From assembly GCA_030390025.1 (NCBI GenBank), contig JASTWF010000051.1:1674001-1738000 (forward strand): DNA of 64,000 nt. The letters are read 5' to 3'. The position numbers and the translations under genes were made by a program. Source of the stretch: Squalus acanthias (Eukaryota). Position 1 is the first letter of the stretch. The number at the start of each line of letters is the position of its first letter. The notes below the pieces were generated by a model. It did no database searches. It had not been told where the DNA came from and saw only the letters and a list, made by a program, of their open reading frames with translations. Positions 50,141 through 63,101 of this stretch are shown piece by piece.

Positions 50141-50543
50141 CCCTCCGCACTATTCACGATAGCTAAACTAGCATGCAGAAATGCATGGTGAAGATGCACT
50201 GAAGAATGGCTCTCAGACATGCTCAGTTACTTGACAACAGCATGGCGTGAAATGGTTAATGTGGCACGGAAGAGTGAGAAAATGGTTTAATCAATACACT
50301 GACACATGCTCCATAGAGAACCCGAATTTTTAATCGAACAATGAGGATAGAGTTAAACACACTGGTACCTATCAGAGGGATTAAAATTAAAGTAAAGAGG
50401 GACATATAATTAACTAAACAGCAAGAAGCCAAAATTCCTGGTGGGTGGGAGGGCACAAAGTGGATAGCTCACTCATGGCGGACAGGAATTTGGAGCAGAA
50501 GTCGGATCCGCTGAGTTTCTGCCCCGTGCGACCTTGGCTCAAG

Positions 50544-51001
50544 GTGTCAGCCATGGCTCAGTTGGTAGCACTCATGCTTCTGAGTTAGAAGGTCATGGGT
50601 TCAAGTCCCAATCCAAAGATTTGAGCACAAAATCCAGGCTGTTACTCCAGTGCAGTACTGAAGGAGTGCTGCATGGCCTTTCGGATAAGATGTTAAACCG
50701 AGGCCCTGTTTGCCCTCTCAGGTTGATGTAAAAGATCCTATGGCAGTATTTCAAAGAAGAGCAGGGGAGTTATCCCCGGTGTCCCGGCCAATATTTATCC
50801 CTCAACCAACATCACTAAAACAGATTATCTGGTCATTATCACAGTGCTGTTTGTGGGAGCTTGCTGTGCGCAATTTGGCTGTCGCGTTTCCTACAAAACA
50901 ACAGTGACTACACTTCAAAAGTACTAGATTGGCTCTAAAGTGCTTTAGGATGTCCTTTGGTTGAGAAAGGTGCTATATAAATGCAAGTCCTTTCTTTCTT
51001 T
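50544..51001 (+). mobile_element. Full-length DeuSINE with tRNA-like head
   Basis: A box tggctcagttgg, B box ggttcaagtcc, Deu domain and L2 tail. Confidence 0.88.
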
Positions 51002-51344
51002 GGTTCAAATTCCAATCGCTCCAATTTTCCTGCACTTCTTTGGGGCAGATCCTGGAATTTCAAGCCCTGAAGCTGTAAGCTAGAGCATTTGATGTATGTT
51101 GAGGAGCACTTTGCTGCTGAGGGCACTCTAGGCTCACAGAAGCTCACATTATGACACTGCTTTAGTTGTTATGGAGTTGCCTATATGTTTAACTTGCAGG
51201 AACTCTGATGGCTATCACACATAACAGATTATATTAGCTTCACAAGCATACTTTTCACAGATTATAAAATGACATTGATTAGTTGCTTAAACAGTGATAA
51301 CACAGTAGTTAATGAAAGCATTTGACTCCCTGTCAGAAGACCAT

Positions 51345-52188
51345 GGGCTGGATTTTGATACTGGGGACGTGATGGAGTCGGGACTCCCACTTTTTGGGTT
51401 GTAGACCCGCCTCCATCGACTTGTGGCCAACCCACTGTATTTTCCCTTGATTGACCTTGTTGAGCCCGCCCAGTGAGCTCAGCAGGCCAATTAAGGGCCA
51501 CCCGGCAACAGGTGACGTCACAGATTGACATTTCATCTGTCAAGAGCTTTTGACAGATGAAATATCAGCGTTTGACAGCTCTGTGAAGCTGTCAAACACT
51601 GACAATTTGTCTTCTAACTTGAGTCCTTCCTCTCAGGCTGAGTTAGAAATCATTCCAGCACAGAAAACAGAGGCTGAAACTTTTGACAGCACCACGGCCT
51701 TTCTGCTTTCTGTGCCGGTGAGATTTCTGACTCCCGAGAACTGAAGGGCTGACACCTGCAGGAGGAAGTTAAGGTAAGTAAAACTTTTTCCCACACTTTA
51801 CACTTACCTTACACACTTACCTCTGCGCACATGCACCCATCACTCACCTGCCCACCGGACATATCGAACCCTCCAACCCCTGCAGACCCACGGTCCGCCT
51901 TGCTAACTTGGCGTGGTTGGCACCTGTCGGGAAGCTCACATTTCAGCTTTCAAAATAGGGATTAGGCAAAAAACTGCCTGTTAACTACCTGTTAACAGGC
52001 AGTTAATTGTCACTAATCCCCTTCCCGCCTCGGGGAGGCGGGTCCCAGCACAGGTCGGGTACCCGACGCCAGCGAAACTGGCATGGAGGCGGGTTGGGGG
52101 CGGGATGGGGTCGGGACCCCCGAATCTGCAACTTTAACCCCCCACACGCCTCCAAACCCGCCTCCATGGGTCAATGAAAATCCAGCCC
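51345..52188. mobile_element. Harbinger-type MITE, family 4
   Basis: Perfect 12-bp TIR GGGCTGGATTTT with CAT TSD on both sides. Confidence 0.88.
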
Positions 52189-52361
52189 CATGAGTTTAGG
52201 AGCTGCTTGTCTTTTGAGTACCGTCTCCTCAGGCATGATAGGGAGTGGCGGGCTTTCAGGTTCTGGTGCCTTTTCATTGTCTGTATTTCACTTCTTCCTT
52301 TCTGCAAACTGATCTCTGCTCTGCCAAGATCTTAACAGAAGCACATTCAAAAAAGCACAAT

Positions 52362-53249
52362 GGGGGAGAAATTTGGTATCGCCCCGTTTGGGGTGCAATT
52401 ATCGGCCGGGCGCAAAGTTTAGCGCCTGGCGCTAATTATCGCCTCCGACTGCAAACTTGGCTTCTATCGCCCCTGGAGGTGATTGGAGTACTAAATCAGG
52501 CGCTACACACCTCTCGTAAGACGCTAACGCCGAGGAGCGAGGCGCTACCTCAGAGCGCTGGCGAAGCTCATGTGATGTCAGTCAGCAATGGAACACAGAC
52601 ACACTGGCACCGGCCAGTTCTTAAAGGGGAGGGTCAATCTTGCTCTCCATCCACACTCTGCTCATTGCAGCCTTGAATCTCAGCCTGGAGAGACCTGTAC
52701 ATCAAATCTGCTGCAAAGAACAATGGAGAGGCCCAGGGAAAGAGCTCAGAGTGCAGCCCCAAAGTCTCTTCTAAATCGATGCAAGGAAGGTCAAATCAAA
52801 ATGAACCTCCAAAGTGCTGCTCAGTACTCAAAACTCCTTCACACAGCGTTGAATCTCTCCAGAAGTCTCTCTCTCTCAGAATGCATGGTGCAAAAATGTT
52901 GCCAACAAATAAAAGGCAGGAAGCGGTCGCCTTTAAATAGCACTTCCCCAGTCCCTTCCCGACAGCAAAACGCTCCCCTCACCCGGTCGTTGCTAGCGGC
53001 AGGTGGTAAGGCAGGAGGCGCCACTCAATATCCGGTCCGGGGCGCTACCGGGGCGTTGCACGCTTGACTTACGTCACGATCCGCGGGCGCAGGAGATCGT
53101 GGCGGTAGTGTTTAGCGCCGCCGCAAAATTTCTGGTCAATTTTGCGAGCGGCGCAAACATTGCCACGCCCGGGCGCTAGTTGCTTTACGCCCCATTAGCG
53201 CCCTCTTAGGGCGTTAACGGGAGGCGCAAAGCAACCGAATTTTTCTCCC
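52362..53249. mobile_element. Harbinger-type MITE, family 2-related
   Basis: TIRs GGGGGAGAAATTTGGT / ACCGAATTTTTCTCCC with AAT TSD; opposite orientation to 60453-61129. Confidence 0.82.
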
Positions 53250-53994
53250 AATCTCTGTGTAGGAAGGAAGCATTTTCCTTTCGGTGGTATAACTGACAAA
53301 GACTGAGGCTAGGACTGTCACTGAAGCCAATGTGATTGAACTAAGCATTGAATAAATAAAACTCTTTTCCAGCTCTATACTGAGACATGTAACAGGCACA
53401 ATTCAACAAAAATATTTCTTTGCCGCTATCAGCTGGCAGGAATATTTGTGACTGTGGAATTCATAAAGCACACTTTTTGACAGAAATGGGTTGCTTAAAC
53501 GTTTATAATCTAGCATAATATACTGCATCTCAGCCTACGGAATCAATCCTTCAGCTATGACCTACTGATCCAGACAATTTCCTCATTAACGATCATGGTT
53601 TTTGCAGTATGACAACCATTGACAGCTAATGATTGTGTATTTTATTCTAAAGTCTACAAATGAGCACATTTTACTGTATTTTAAAGAATGCAGCAGACAT
53701 AACTTTGAGCTGCAAAGAATCACAGTTTACAAAAGCAGAAAGATATCCATGTTAGTATTATTTACATGCTATACCGAGTAAAGCTATGCATTTTGTTGTT
53801 TTTTTAAATTATATCTTCAGGCTAAGAGATGTCAGTGCTGGGAATGAACGTTTTGTATTTTGGGGAGCCAGTGTCAGTATCAAACAACCCTATGTCAGTT
53901 AACAGGAATATTTGTGACTGTGGAATTCATAAAGCACACTTTATTTGTTGGGGTGGGGAGGAGCTGAAGATATTAGGTGGGATTGTCGGATAGA

Positions 53995-55443
53995 TACACT
54001 GGCATCTATCCGACAATGTGGAAAACTGCCCAGGTATGTCCTGTCCACAAAAAGCAGGACAAATCCAACCCGGCCAATTACCACCCCATCAGTCTACTCT
54101 CAATCATCAGTAAAGTGATGGAAGGTGTCATCGACAGTGCTATCAAGCGGCACTTACTCACCAATAACCTGCTCACTGATGCCCAGTTTGGGTTCCGCCA
54201 AGACCACTCGGCTCCCGACCTCATTACAGCCTTGGTCCAAACATGGACAAAGGAGCTGAATTCCAGAGGAGACGTGAGAGTGACTGCCCTTGACATCAAG
54301 GCAGCATTTGACCGAGTCTGGCATCAAGGAGCCCTAGTAAAACTGAAGTCAATGGGAATCAGGGGGAAAACGCTCCACTGGCTGGAGTCATACCTAGCAC
54401 AAAGGAAGATGGTTGTGGTGGTTGAAGGTCAATCATCACAGCCCCAGGAGTTCCTCAGGGCAGTGTCTTAGGCCCAACCATCTTCAGCTGCTTCATCAAT
54501 GACCTTCCCTCCAACATAAGGTCAGAAATGGGGATGTTCGCTGATGACTGCACAGTGTTCAGCGCCATTCGCAACTCCACAGATAATGAAGCAGTCCATG
54601 CCTGCATGCAACAAGACCTGGACGATGTTCAGGCTTGGGCTGAGAAGTGGCAGGTAACATTCGCGCCACAGAAGTGCCAGGCAATGACTATCTCCAACAA
54701 GCAAGAGTCTAACCACCTCCCCTTGACATTCAATGGCATTACCATCGCCGAATCCCCCACTATCAACATCCTGGGGGTCACCATTAACCAGAAACTTAAC
54801 TGGACCAGCCACATAAATACTGTGGCAACAAGAGCAGGTCAGAGGCTAGGTATTCTGCGGAGAGTGTCTCACCTCCTGACTCCCCAAAGCCTTTCCGCCA
54901 TCTACAAGGCACAAGTAAGGAGTGTGATGGAATACTCTCCACTTGCCTGGATGAGTGCAGCTCCAACAACACTCAAGAAGCTCGACACCATCCAGGACAA
55001 AGCAGCCCGCTTGATTGGCACCCCATCCACCACCTTAAACATTCACTCCCTCCACCACCGGCGTACCGTGGCTGCAGTGTGTACCATCTACAAGATGCAC
55101 TGCAGCAACTCGCCAAGGCTTCTTCGGCAGCACCTCCCAAACCCACGACCTCTTCCACCTAGTAGGACAAGGGCAGCAGGCGCATGGGAACACCACCACC
55201 TCCAAGTTCCCCTCCAAGTCACACACCATCCTAACTTAGAAGTATATCGCCGATCCTTCATCGTCGCTGGGTCAAAATCCTGGAACTCCCTACCTAACAG
55301 CACTGTGAGAGTACCATCACCGCACGGACTGCAGCGGTTCAAGAAGGCGGCTCACCACCACCTTCTCAAAGGCAACTAGGGATGGGCAATAAATGCTGGC
55401 ATTGCCAGTGACGCCCTGATCCCATAAACAAATTTAAATAAAA
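53995..55443 (+). mobile_element. Family A LINE, 5'-truncated (RT + C-terminus), one frameshifting deletion at ~54445
   Basis: ORFs 53977-54471 and 54528-55379, with A-rich tail. Confidence 0.94.
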
Positions 55444-55629
55444 TAGCCACTATTCAATGCAGAGAGTAGGTCCCTGTACTGTATCCCAATGAGCAGTCTT
55501 AACTACAGTCTTAGACCAGTACCCTATACTAATTCATGTTCACATATACTGAATTGTGAGCTTTTTTTTGCAGTGGACCCATGCCTACTGAGAAATAGGT
55601 GGCGATTATCCATGTAGGACAGCAAAAAG

Positions 55630-56880
55630 AATAAGGACTCTATTCCATTCTCCCAGTTTCTCTGTCTCCGCTGCATCTGCTCTGACGATGTCACCTTCCA
55701 TACTAGTGCTTCCGACATGTCTTCCTTTTTCCTCAACTGAGGATTCCCCTCTACCGTGGTTGACACGGCCCTTGACCGTGTCCGTTCTATTTCCCGCACT
55801 TCTGCGCTCACCCCTTCCCCTCCCTCCCGGAACCATGATAGGGTTCCCCTTGTCCTCACCTTTCACCCCACCAGCCTCCACATTCAACGGATCATCCTCC
55901 GCCATTCCCGCCATCACCAGCGTGATCCCACCACCAAACACATCTTCCCCTCACCTCCCCTTTCAGCATTCTGAAGGGACCACTCCCTCCGCGACACCCT
56001 GGTCCACTCCTCTATCACTCCCAACACCCCTTCCCCTTCGCCCGGCACCTTCCCGTGCAAGCGCAGGAGATGCAACACATGCCCTTTTACCTCCACCCTT
56101 CCCACTGTCCAGGGCCCCAAACACTCCTTCCAGGTGAAACAGCGATTTACTTGTACTTCTTGCAATTTAGTATACTGTATTCGCTGCTCACGATGCGGTC
56201 TCCTCTAAATTGGGGAGACCTAAATACAGATTGGGTGACCGCTTTGTGGAACACCTCCGTTTAGTTCGTAAGGGTGACCCCGAGCTTCCGGTCGCCTGTC
56301 ACTTTAATTCTCCGCTCCACTCCAACTCAGACCTCACCGTCCTCGGCCTCTTACACTGTTCCAATGAAGCTCAATGTAAGCTCAAGGAACAGCACCTCAT
56401 CTTTCGATTAGGCACTTTACAGCCTTCCGGACTCAACATAGAGTTCAACAATTTCAGACCATAACCTCTGTCCCTATCCTTTTTTTTCCATTTTTTTTCT
56501 CTCTCCCACATGGCAGCTGTCGTTCATTCTGCCAGTGCCATTTACACTTCATCTAGAGCCATCTTTTGTTTCTTAACTTGTCCCATTACCATCTCCTTTT
56601 GCCTTGCACCATCTCTTAATCTCTCTTAATGTCTCTTAATCTCTCCTGCCTTCCATCCTATCACAGACCTTCCCTTTTGTTCTTTCCTCCCCTCCCCCCT
56701 TTCCCTGCCCCTACACTTGCTTAAAATCTGTTACATCTCCAGCTTTTTCCAGTTCTGACGAAGGGTCATCGACTTGAAACGTTAACTCTGTTTCCACAGA
56801 TGCTGCCTGACCTGCTGACTATTTCCAGCATTTTCTGTTTTTCTTTCAGATTTCCAGCATCCGCAATATTTTGCTTTTGT
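55630..56880 (+). mobile_element. Penelope-like element 3' part: RT thumb, Cys-rich linker, GIY-YIG endonuclease, terminal repeat
   Basis: KDSIPFSQFL, RVPLVLTFHP, C..RRCNTC, NLVYCIRC..CGLL*IGET, RLGDRFVEHL, VACHFN and GTLQPSGLN, with stops and frameshifts. Confidence 0.92.
56751..56787 (+). ncRNA. Minimal hammerhead ribozyme motif in the PLE terminal repeat
   Basis: AGTT-CTGACGA-A-GGGTC atc GACTT-GAAA-CG-TT-AACT, with palindromic AACGTT stem III. Confidence 0.72.
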
Positions 56881-58523
56881 AAAAAGAATCTTTCATTGGG
56901 CTACCCTGGGCTGAATTTAAAAACCTAGGTTGCAGAGGTGAAAGGTCAGTGCACCAACTTACTACTCCACCTGATCCCCATAAAAGCCATGATTTTATAC
57001 TTCCCTATCCACATCCTGCAAACAATGTGGTGTGTGGCCAACCTGCTCCCAGCCCCGGTCAGAGCCGTTTTCAGCCAGTCACTACCAAGATTTTCCTTCT
57101 TTCCACACAGTATTTCTCTGCAATATTACAGCTGAAATCAGTGAAGGAGCTGAACTTATGTTCCCCACTGCCAAGGCATCATTAATTGCGACTGTAGCCA
57201 TGAGTCCCAGACCATGGAACACATCACATCAACCTTCCCACTAAGATCTGTTGCGGGAGGTACCGCATTTCTCCACTCGGCATCTCAGGAGGCCATCGAA
57301 TGGATAGCCAAACTAGACATTCCATAATAAGCTTTTCCCGTCATACGAAACAACAACTCCAACATATTGCTACTGCAGTGCCATGTTTATATCAAGGTGC
57401 AATTATACAACACATGCATGTATACAGTAGAAGACCCCTTCCACTCCCACCACATCTACCTTCCATTCTAGAGTCTCCATCGAAGTACAGTGAGAAAGCC
57501 CAAGGAGTTGCAGATCAGGAACACTCTGTCAAATCAATTTTATTTTCTGTTCTCATAAATATTTACTCTGATGCTACTTTGGAATCAATGCATCAAGTGC
57601 CATTTGTTAACACAGTAAGGGGGAGAAATTCCTGGCTCCACAAAAATACTGCAGGCCCCTGCTGGTCCTGGCTCAACCCCCTTGTCTTTGCCCTGGTCCC
57701 ATGATCTCCTATGAACCAGCTTGACATCCGAGTCGGACAGAATTCATCAGACCACGACCAGCGAGCTGCATCGAGACTCCTGTTTAGTGCCCACAGCTCG
57801 GTGCTTCTATTCAAATGAGACGCAATGCCAAATCTAGCTACATATTTTAATAGGGATATTTGGTTTAAGTCAAATTGGCTCAAGTACCAATATTCTTAAG
57901 TTTGTTTTTACAAAATATGTATCCTTCCCCATTATTAGCTATGCCGCTGGCTTTAGGACCTCCAAGCCATGCACTAGTCTTAGGTTGCCTCGAGCTTCTT
58001 CCTATGCTGCTCTTTGGAAGTTGTCCGAGAGGAGGCCGATCCAGCTTCCTCCTAATTGAAAATGTCTTGCTTGGATTCAGGGCCTCTCTGATGCCTCAGC
58101 CAAGCAGGAAGTCATTGTGTGGGACAGATGGGCAATGAAGCTGTGTTCTACCACTCAATGGTGCAATGAGCGGATGCACCAATCAGTGACACTACTGTAC
58201 TGAGCCACCAACAAGTGAAATATTCCAAATAAATAAGCCTACCTCAGTGAAAAACAAAATGCTCCCTTTATTCAATCATTTTATGTAAGAACATTAAGGA
58301 TTTTTAGTGGTAGGAAAAGAACTTTAGGCCCAACAAGTCTGTCCATTTTTGATAGCTCAAACCCATGTAATCATGATGGTGGGAAGATTTCCTCTGTGTG
58401 CTATTTACAGCAAAATTGCAAATTTATTTATAAAGAGCAGGTTTATAATTTTGCCACACATAGTACACAGAGAAATCGTTTCCCCATATCGCCCAATTCC
58501 TTCTCTCTCTAAAAATGCATCTA

Positions 58524-58855
58524 CAGGAAACTTTCGTTTATCCGGCACCGACGGGACCGGCGTGGTGCCGGTTGATCGAAAGTGCCGGATTACAGAGAGG
58601 TATACTTACCAAGGTACGAGAGCCCCGTACACGGCCACAGGCTGAACAATTGGGACCCGGAGAGGGAAGGTAAACGAGACTCCGGCTTTTTCCTCCGTGG
58701 CGGCGACAGGTCGGAGTCGGAAGAACGTTGACCCCCCTTTCGTGGGGGCGAAAGGTCAGAATCGGGGTCTTGTCTGTATAATAAAACTTACCTGATTTTT
58801 GCTGGTTAAGCGAGAATTCCGGATATTAGGGTGCCGGATAAACGAAAGTTTCCTG
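58524..58855. mobile_element. pogo/Tigger-type (Tc1/mariner) MITE, 332 bp
   Basis: Perfect 26-bp TIR CAGGAAACTTTCGTTTATCCGGCACC with TA TSD on both sides. Confidence 0.92.
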
Positions 58856-59825
58856 TAATTGCTTCTTAAAGCCATTTATGCTATTTCAACAACATACAGC
58901 AATAGAATTCACACTGAGCTAAACTGAATTAAACAAAGTAGCCCTGGTTCCAAACTAGCATCAGAGTAAATATTTATTGGGAGAACAGAGAAGCACTGTT
59001 GGTCAGGCAGAAGGTTTCCTAATCCACATGGTACAAGTCTAACCACCTCGTGTTGAGCCTCATTAAATCACAGCCTGAAGCACAATACATTGCTGATTCA
59101 TTGGACTGAAATATTTTACTTTTCCTTGTGTGCCTAACATTTACACATTGTAACAGTGATATTTCACTACAGAAATCCCTATTGGAAAATACAGCTGGGA
59201 TCAGTTGATCTAATTTTAAACAATTCTTTAGATAGCCTTAAATTGGATTATGCTCAGTTTAGTGTTGAACCAAATCCATGATATCACTGCAGCTTTCACT
59301 GGTCCAGCCACAAACTCCTGATAATAAAAAAGGTGATTTTTCAAATTCACACTCCCAGTTGGGAAATTCGCCCTCAGTTGTACACATCATAGATTCAGAC
59401 GCATGTTGTGTATGATTTTCTGACCAAAATGGTTGGTACGTCAAAAAAGTATGACCAAAAGTTTAATATATGCTACTGGCAGAGGAGACTCCCCAACAGA
59501 AGAGCAAAGTTCAAGATCACTGCCCAGGCACGTTTTTCAGTTGTAGCTATAAAAACCATAGCTACCATCTGACTGAGATTTTTCTTCATGAACTGTTTGA
59601 GTAAGCAGGGGCAGATTTCTCTCTTTTGCACTTTAATAAATGCATGAATGAAGCACATTGAGGAAAACTGGGGGGTAAGAGGAAGCGGATCGCATGCTCA
59701 CAACAGAAAATGAATGGATAGCAAACTCTGGGCACTGTGCCTGCTGGCAGTGTGAACTTAGAAAATCAGCAATTTGGAACTAGCTTTCACCGTAATAACA
59801 GAGATAAAGTCAGCTTTTAAAGTCA

Positions 59826-60220
59826 GGAGGTTGGAGAGGGGAAGAGGAAGGGGAAGGAAGAGAAAGGGGGTGAAGGGGAAAGGTGGAGGTGCAGGAGAAA
59901 GAGGCAGAACAGGAGAAAGGGGAAGGGAAGGAAGGGAGAAGGAGGGAAGGGAGGAGGAAAGGGGAAGGAGGAGTGGGGAAGGGGAGAAGGGGAAATGGGG
60001 AGGAGTGGAGGGGGAGTTGAGGGAGAAGGGGAAGGCCCTCAAAAAGTATTTTTTTAATTTTAAAAGGGGAAGGAATGGAAGTGAAAGGTGAGAAGGGGAA
60101 AAGGGGAAATGGAAGGGAACAGGGAGAGGAAGATGGCAGAGTGAAAGGAATGGAGCAGAAGAGAACAGAATGGGAGGTGGAGGGAAGGAGAGGGGGAGGA
60201 GTGGAGAAGCAAAGGAAGGC
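59826..60220. repeat. Polypurine (GA-rich) low-complexity tract in two blocks
   Basis: Almost pure G/A. Each block ends in GGAAGGCCCTYAAAAARTATTTT. Confidence 0.85.
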
Positions 60221-60452
60221 CCTTAAAAAATATTTTATAATTAAAAAAAATGCACAGACTACAAGTAACTGTCACAATTTTTTATTAAACAGAAATAAAG
60301 CAGAGGCAGGAGCATAATGTTTGCACCAATGATGATGTGGAGGAACAGGGATGTAATGCAGGAAGAAAGCACTAAGGTAGGCTGAGGAAGGATCTGGAGT
60401 AATTTAAAGACAGTGATGAGAATTTAGAACTCAACATGAAGAATGACACAAT

Positions 60453-61129
60453 GGGGGCAAAATTCGGTTCTTTTGCGCCTGCCGTTAGTGCCTCCGGGGG
60501 GCGCTAACGGGGCGCAAAGGGGGGCGATAATAGCGCCTCCCGAGAAATTCGGTGGGGTGCTGCTGAGGCACTAGCCGATAATGCCATGCCCCACCGGTAG
60601 CACCCCGGGCCGCTGTGCCACCGGCGATGATGTCATCACTGAGCGACGCGACCCCTTACCGCCCCGTGGCAGAAATTCGGCTGCGCCCCATGAGGCTGCC
60701 GTGGGCGATGTCAGCGCCAGCCTCGCGGCTGACCTCTGCTCACGGGGCGGTATTTAAAGGAGAGGTGCGGCTGTGACCCGCGCTGCCATTATCTTCTTTT
60801 GGCCGACCTCCAGGTCGGCCCTTTGTAGCGGCCCTTGGCGTGGTCCGTGGCCGCCATTGCGCAGCCTGGCATCGCGTCACGGTGCTGGGCTGCGGCCACA
60901 GTACCATGCCGCCCTGGTGGCCTAGTGTGAGCCATCGGAAGCCCTGCAGAGCTCGCAGTGTCCCTTACCTCTAACGGAAGGGGAAACACATCAGAGATAG
61001 CGCTCCACTTCCTCTCCAGGGCGGTAAGCCGAATTTAACGGTTGGGGCGGTATTTCCGCGTTGGGCACTAAATGTCCGGCGCTAATTCGGTTACCGCCCC
61101 CAAACGGGGTGTAACCGAATTTTGCGTCC
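60453..61129. mobile_element. Harbinger-type MITE, family 2-related
   Basis: TIRs GGGGGCAAAATTCGGTT / AACCGAATTTTGCGTCC with AAT TSD. Confidence 0.82.
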
Positions 61130-61239
61130 AATGGGTTGACATTTGGGTGAAAATTGATTTCAGGGCAATTATTGATCTTGCCATTAACTTTTTCACATTT
61201 GGTACTTTTGTCTCGCTGTGTAGTTTTATAGAAGGTTAA

Positions 61240-61810
61240 GGGGGCAATTTTAGGCCATCCCAAATGACTGGAATGGGGTGGCCGCACAATTAAAATCACC
61301 TCTGTCAAATTACCGTTCCGTTCGTTCCTGCTCCATTTCTGCTTGCCGCCACCTTAACTGGGCTCCTCTTCTAGGTGGTCTGGCCGATCACCTGACTCAG
61401 GCAGGAGCCTCATTAACACATGCAAATTGGGGTTTGATGGCGCCATTAGGACTCTGATGGGATTTTAACCTCCAACTAAGCCCGTCCCCCGCAGTAAAAC
61501 CTAGTCCACAGGAAGAAAGTAAGCCTGGGCCTCTGCTCTCCCACCCCACTTCTGACCCGCGAGACCCTATCAAATACCCCCTGCCATCCAGTGGGTAGCT
61601 GGATCTTTGCCTGCTGGCAGGCGGCCAGCTGCCTTCGTACACCCGTTTTGGTCAGACAGCTGACCACTGGGTTGTAAAGGAGGCCCGGGAGCTAAAGTAG
61701 CCTGGGCCTCAAAATGATGGCATGGGGTGTGGGGGGGCGGGGAGGCTGGATTTGGTGCTCATCCCACCCTACCACAGCCCAAAACTAGCTCCCAGTTAAA
61801 ATCCCTCCCC
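61240..61810. mobile_element. Harbinger-type MITE, degenerate
   Basis: TIRs GGGGGCAATTTTA / TAAAATCCCTCCCC with TAA/GAA flanks. Confidence 0.55.
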
Positions 61811-63101
61811 GAACGAGTCTGCATTGTCAGGATGTTATCCATATGATTGTTGGTTCAATGTTTTAATGTTCTTTATTGCAGGGTTGAGGGAGTGGTGAAG
61901 GAGGTAACAAGAAGTGTTAATGCAGAGGGAGATTGTGTAACATTTCAGGAAAATGAGAAGGTCAACCAAAGCGCTGAGCAATCAACTGATCCTTGGCATC
62001 TCTGGAACCCGAGCCGAGCTCCCTGCTGGCATTTACATGCAGCAAGTGGTGAAAGAGCAGCCAGTGGCAATCCTGGTAGGGATGGGGCAAGGGAACCTTA
62101 GCTCGGAGTTGGAACGCAGCAGTAAGCGTTACTGCCCAATTTTTCCCCCTGTTTGGCGCTTGCCCAATGACGATTTTGGATGGGATAGCAGAAAAAAATC
62201 CAGCCTATGCTGTCGACTTCGAAAAAATACCTTTTTGAATGAGATAATGCCCACTAGGAAGTATAGAAAATGTAATATTCTAACTTTGGTCCCACTATTT
62301 GAAACACAGAGTCACGATCACATCCTTTGAACTGTACACTGTGTGTTAGGAATTGCATCCAGACATTCTTTTTGCCTTATTGAAAGTGCATTATCAATTC
62401 AATGGGGAGTTATTATAATAGTGGGAAACGGCGTTCTCTGAAAACTCCACTGCTGTGTACCGCAGTTTGCCACAATGATTAGACTGACTTCTGTGGTGCA
62501 GACTTTTACATTTGGTTTTCATATTTTTATCCGTTTTAGTTTAATTAAAAAATAACAGTCAGTGGCAGCAGATGTGATGCATTGTTATGGTCGCCTATTA
62601 TAAATTCTCTGGCAAGACAAAATACCAGAAGAAAATTCTCATTTAATTGTCATCCATCTCCTGCTCTATTGGCTTCAAGGTATGAGCATTCACATTGTAC
62701 TTAAAGATAATGATACTCCTTTTTAATTAATCATTACTTTGCACTTATTCATAATATTCTCCACTGGCCAGTGACATGCCCAACTGTGGAGTTTCTCTAC
62801 GTCCCTTTGAATATTATTTGTGTACACTATGCATTTCCACATGCCGTGAAATGATATGTTGCTAGTAAATGCAGAAACCCTGCTTTTATACCTTGTCTGG
62901 ATTGTTTACAAAAGTTGCAAAAAGTACAGATCCAAGGAGTGGAGAACGCACCAGTCACTTCTTGCAGCATGAATGGTGACCATTTAGTATTAGGGGATCT
63001 CCCGTGGCATTGCTCAGGAGTGGTCTGGGGTCTGGAACATTGCTGTGATATTTAGCTGCCAACTTGGCTTATGCCTTTAAAGCCAGAGTTTTAAACAGGC
63101 A

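Noticed and set aside
59758-60317. Pro/Ser- or Gly/Glu/Arg-rich ORFs (also 17272-17705)
   Set aside because: Translations of low-complexity DNA.
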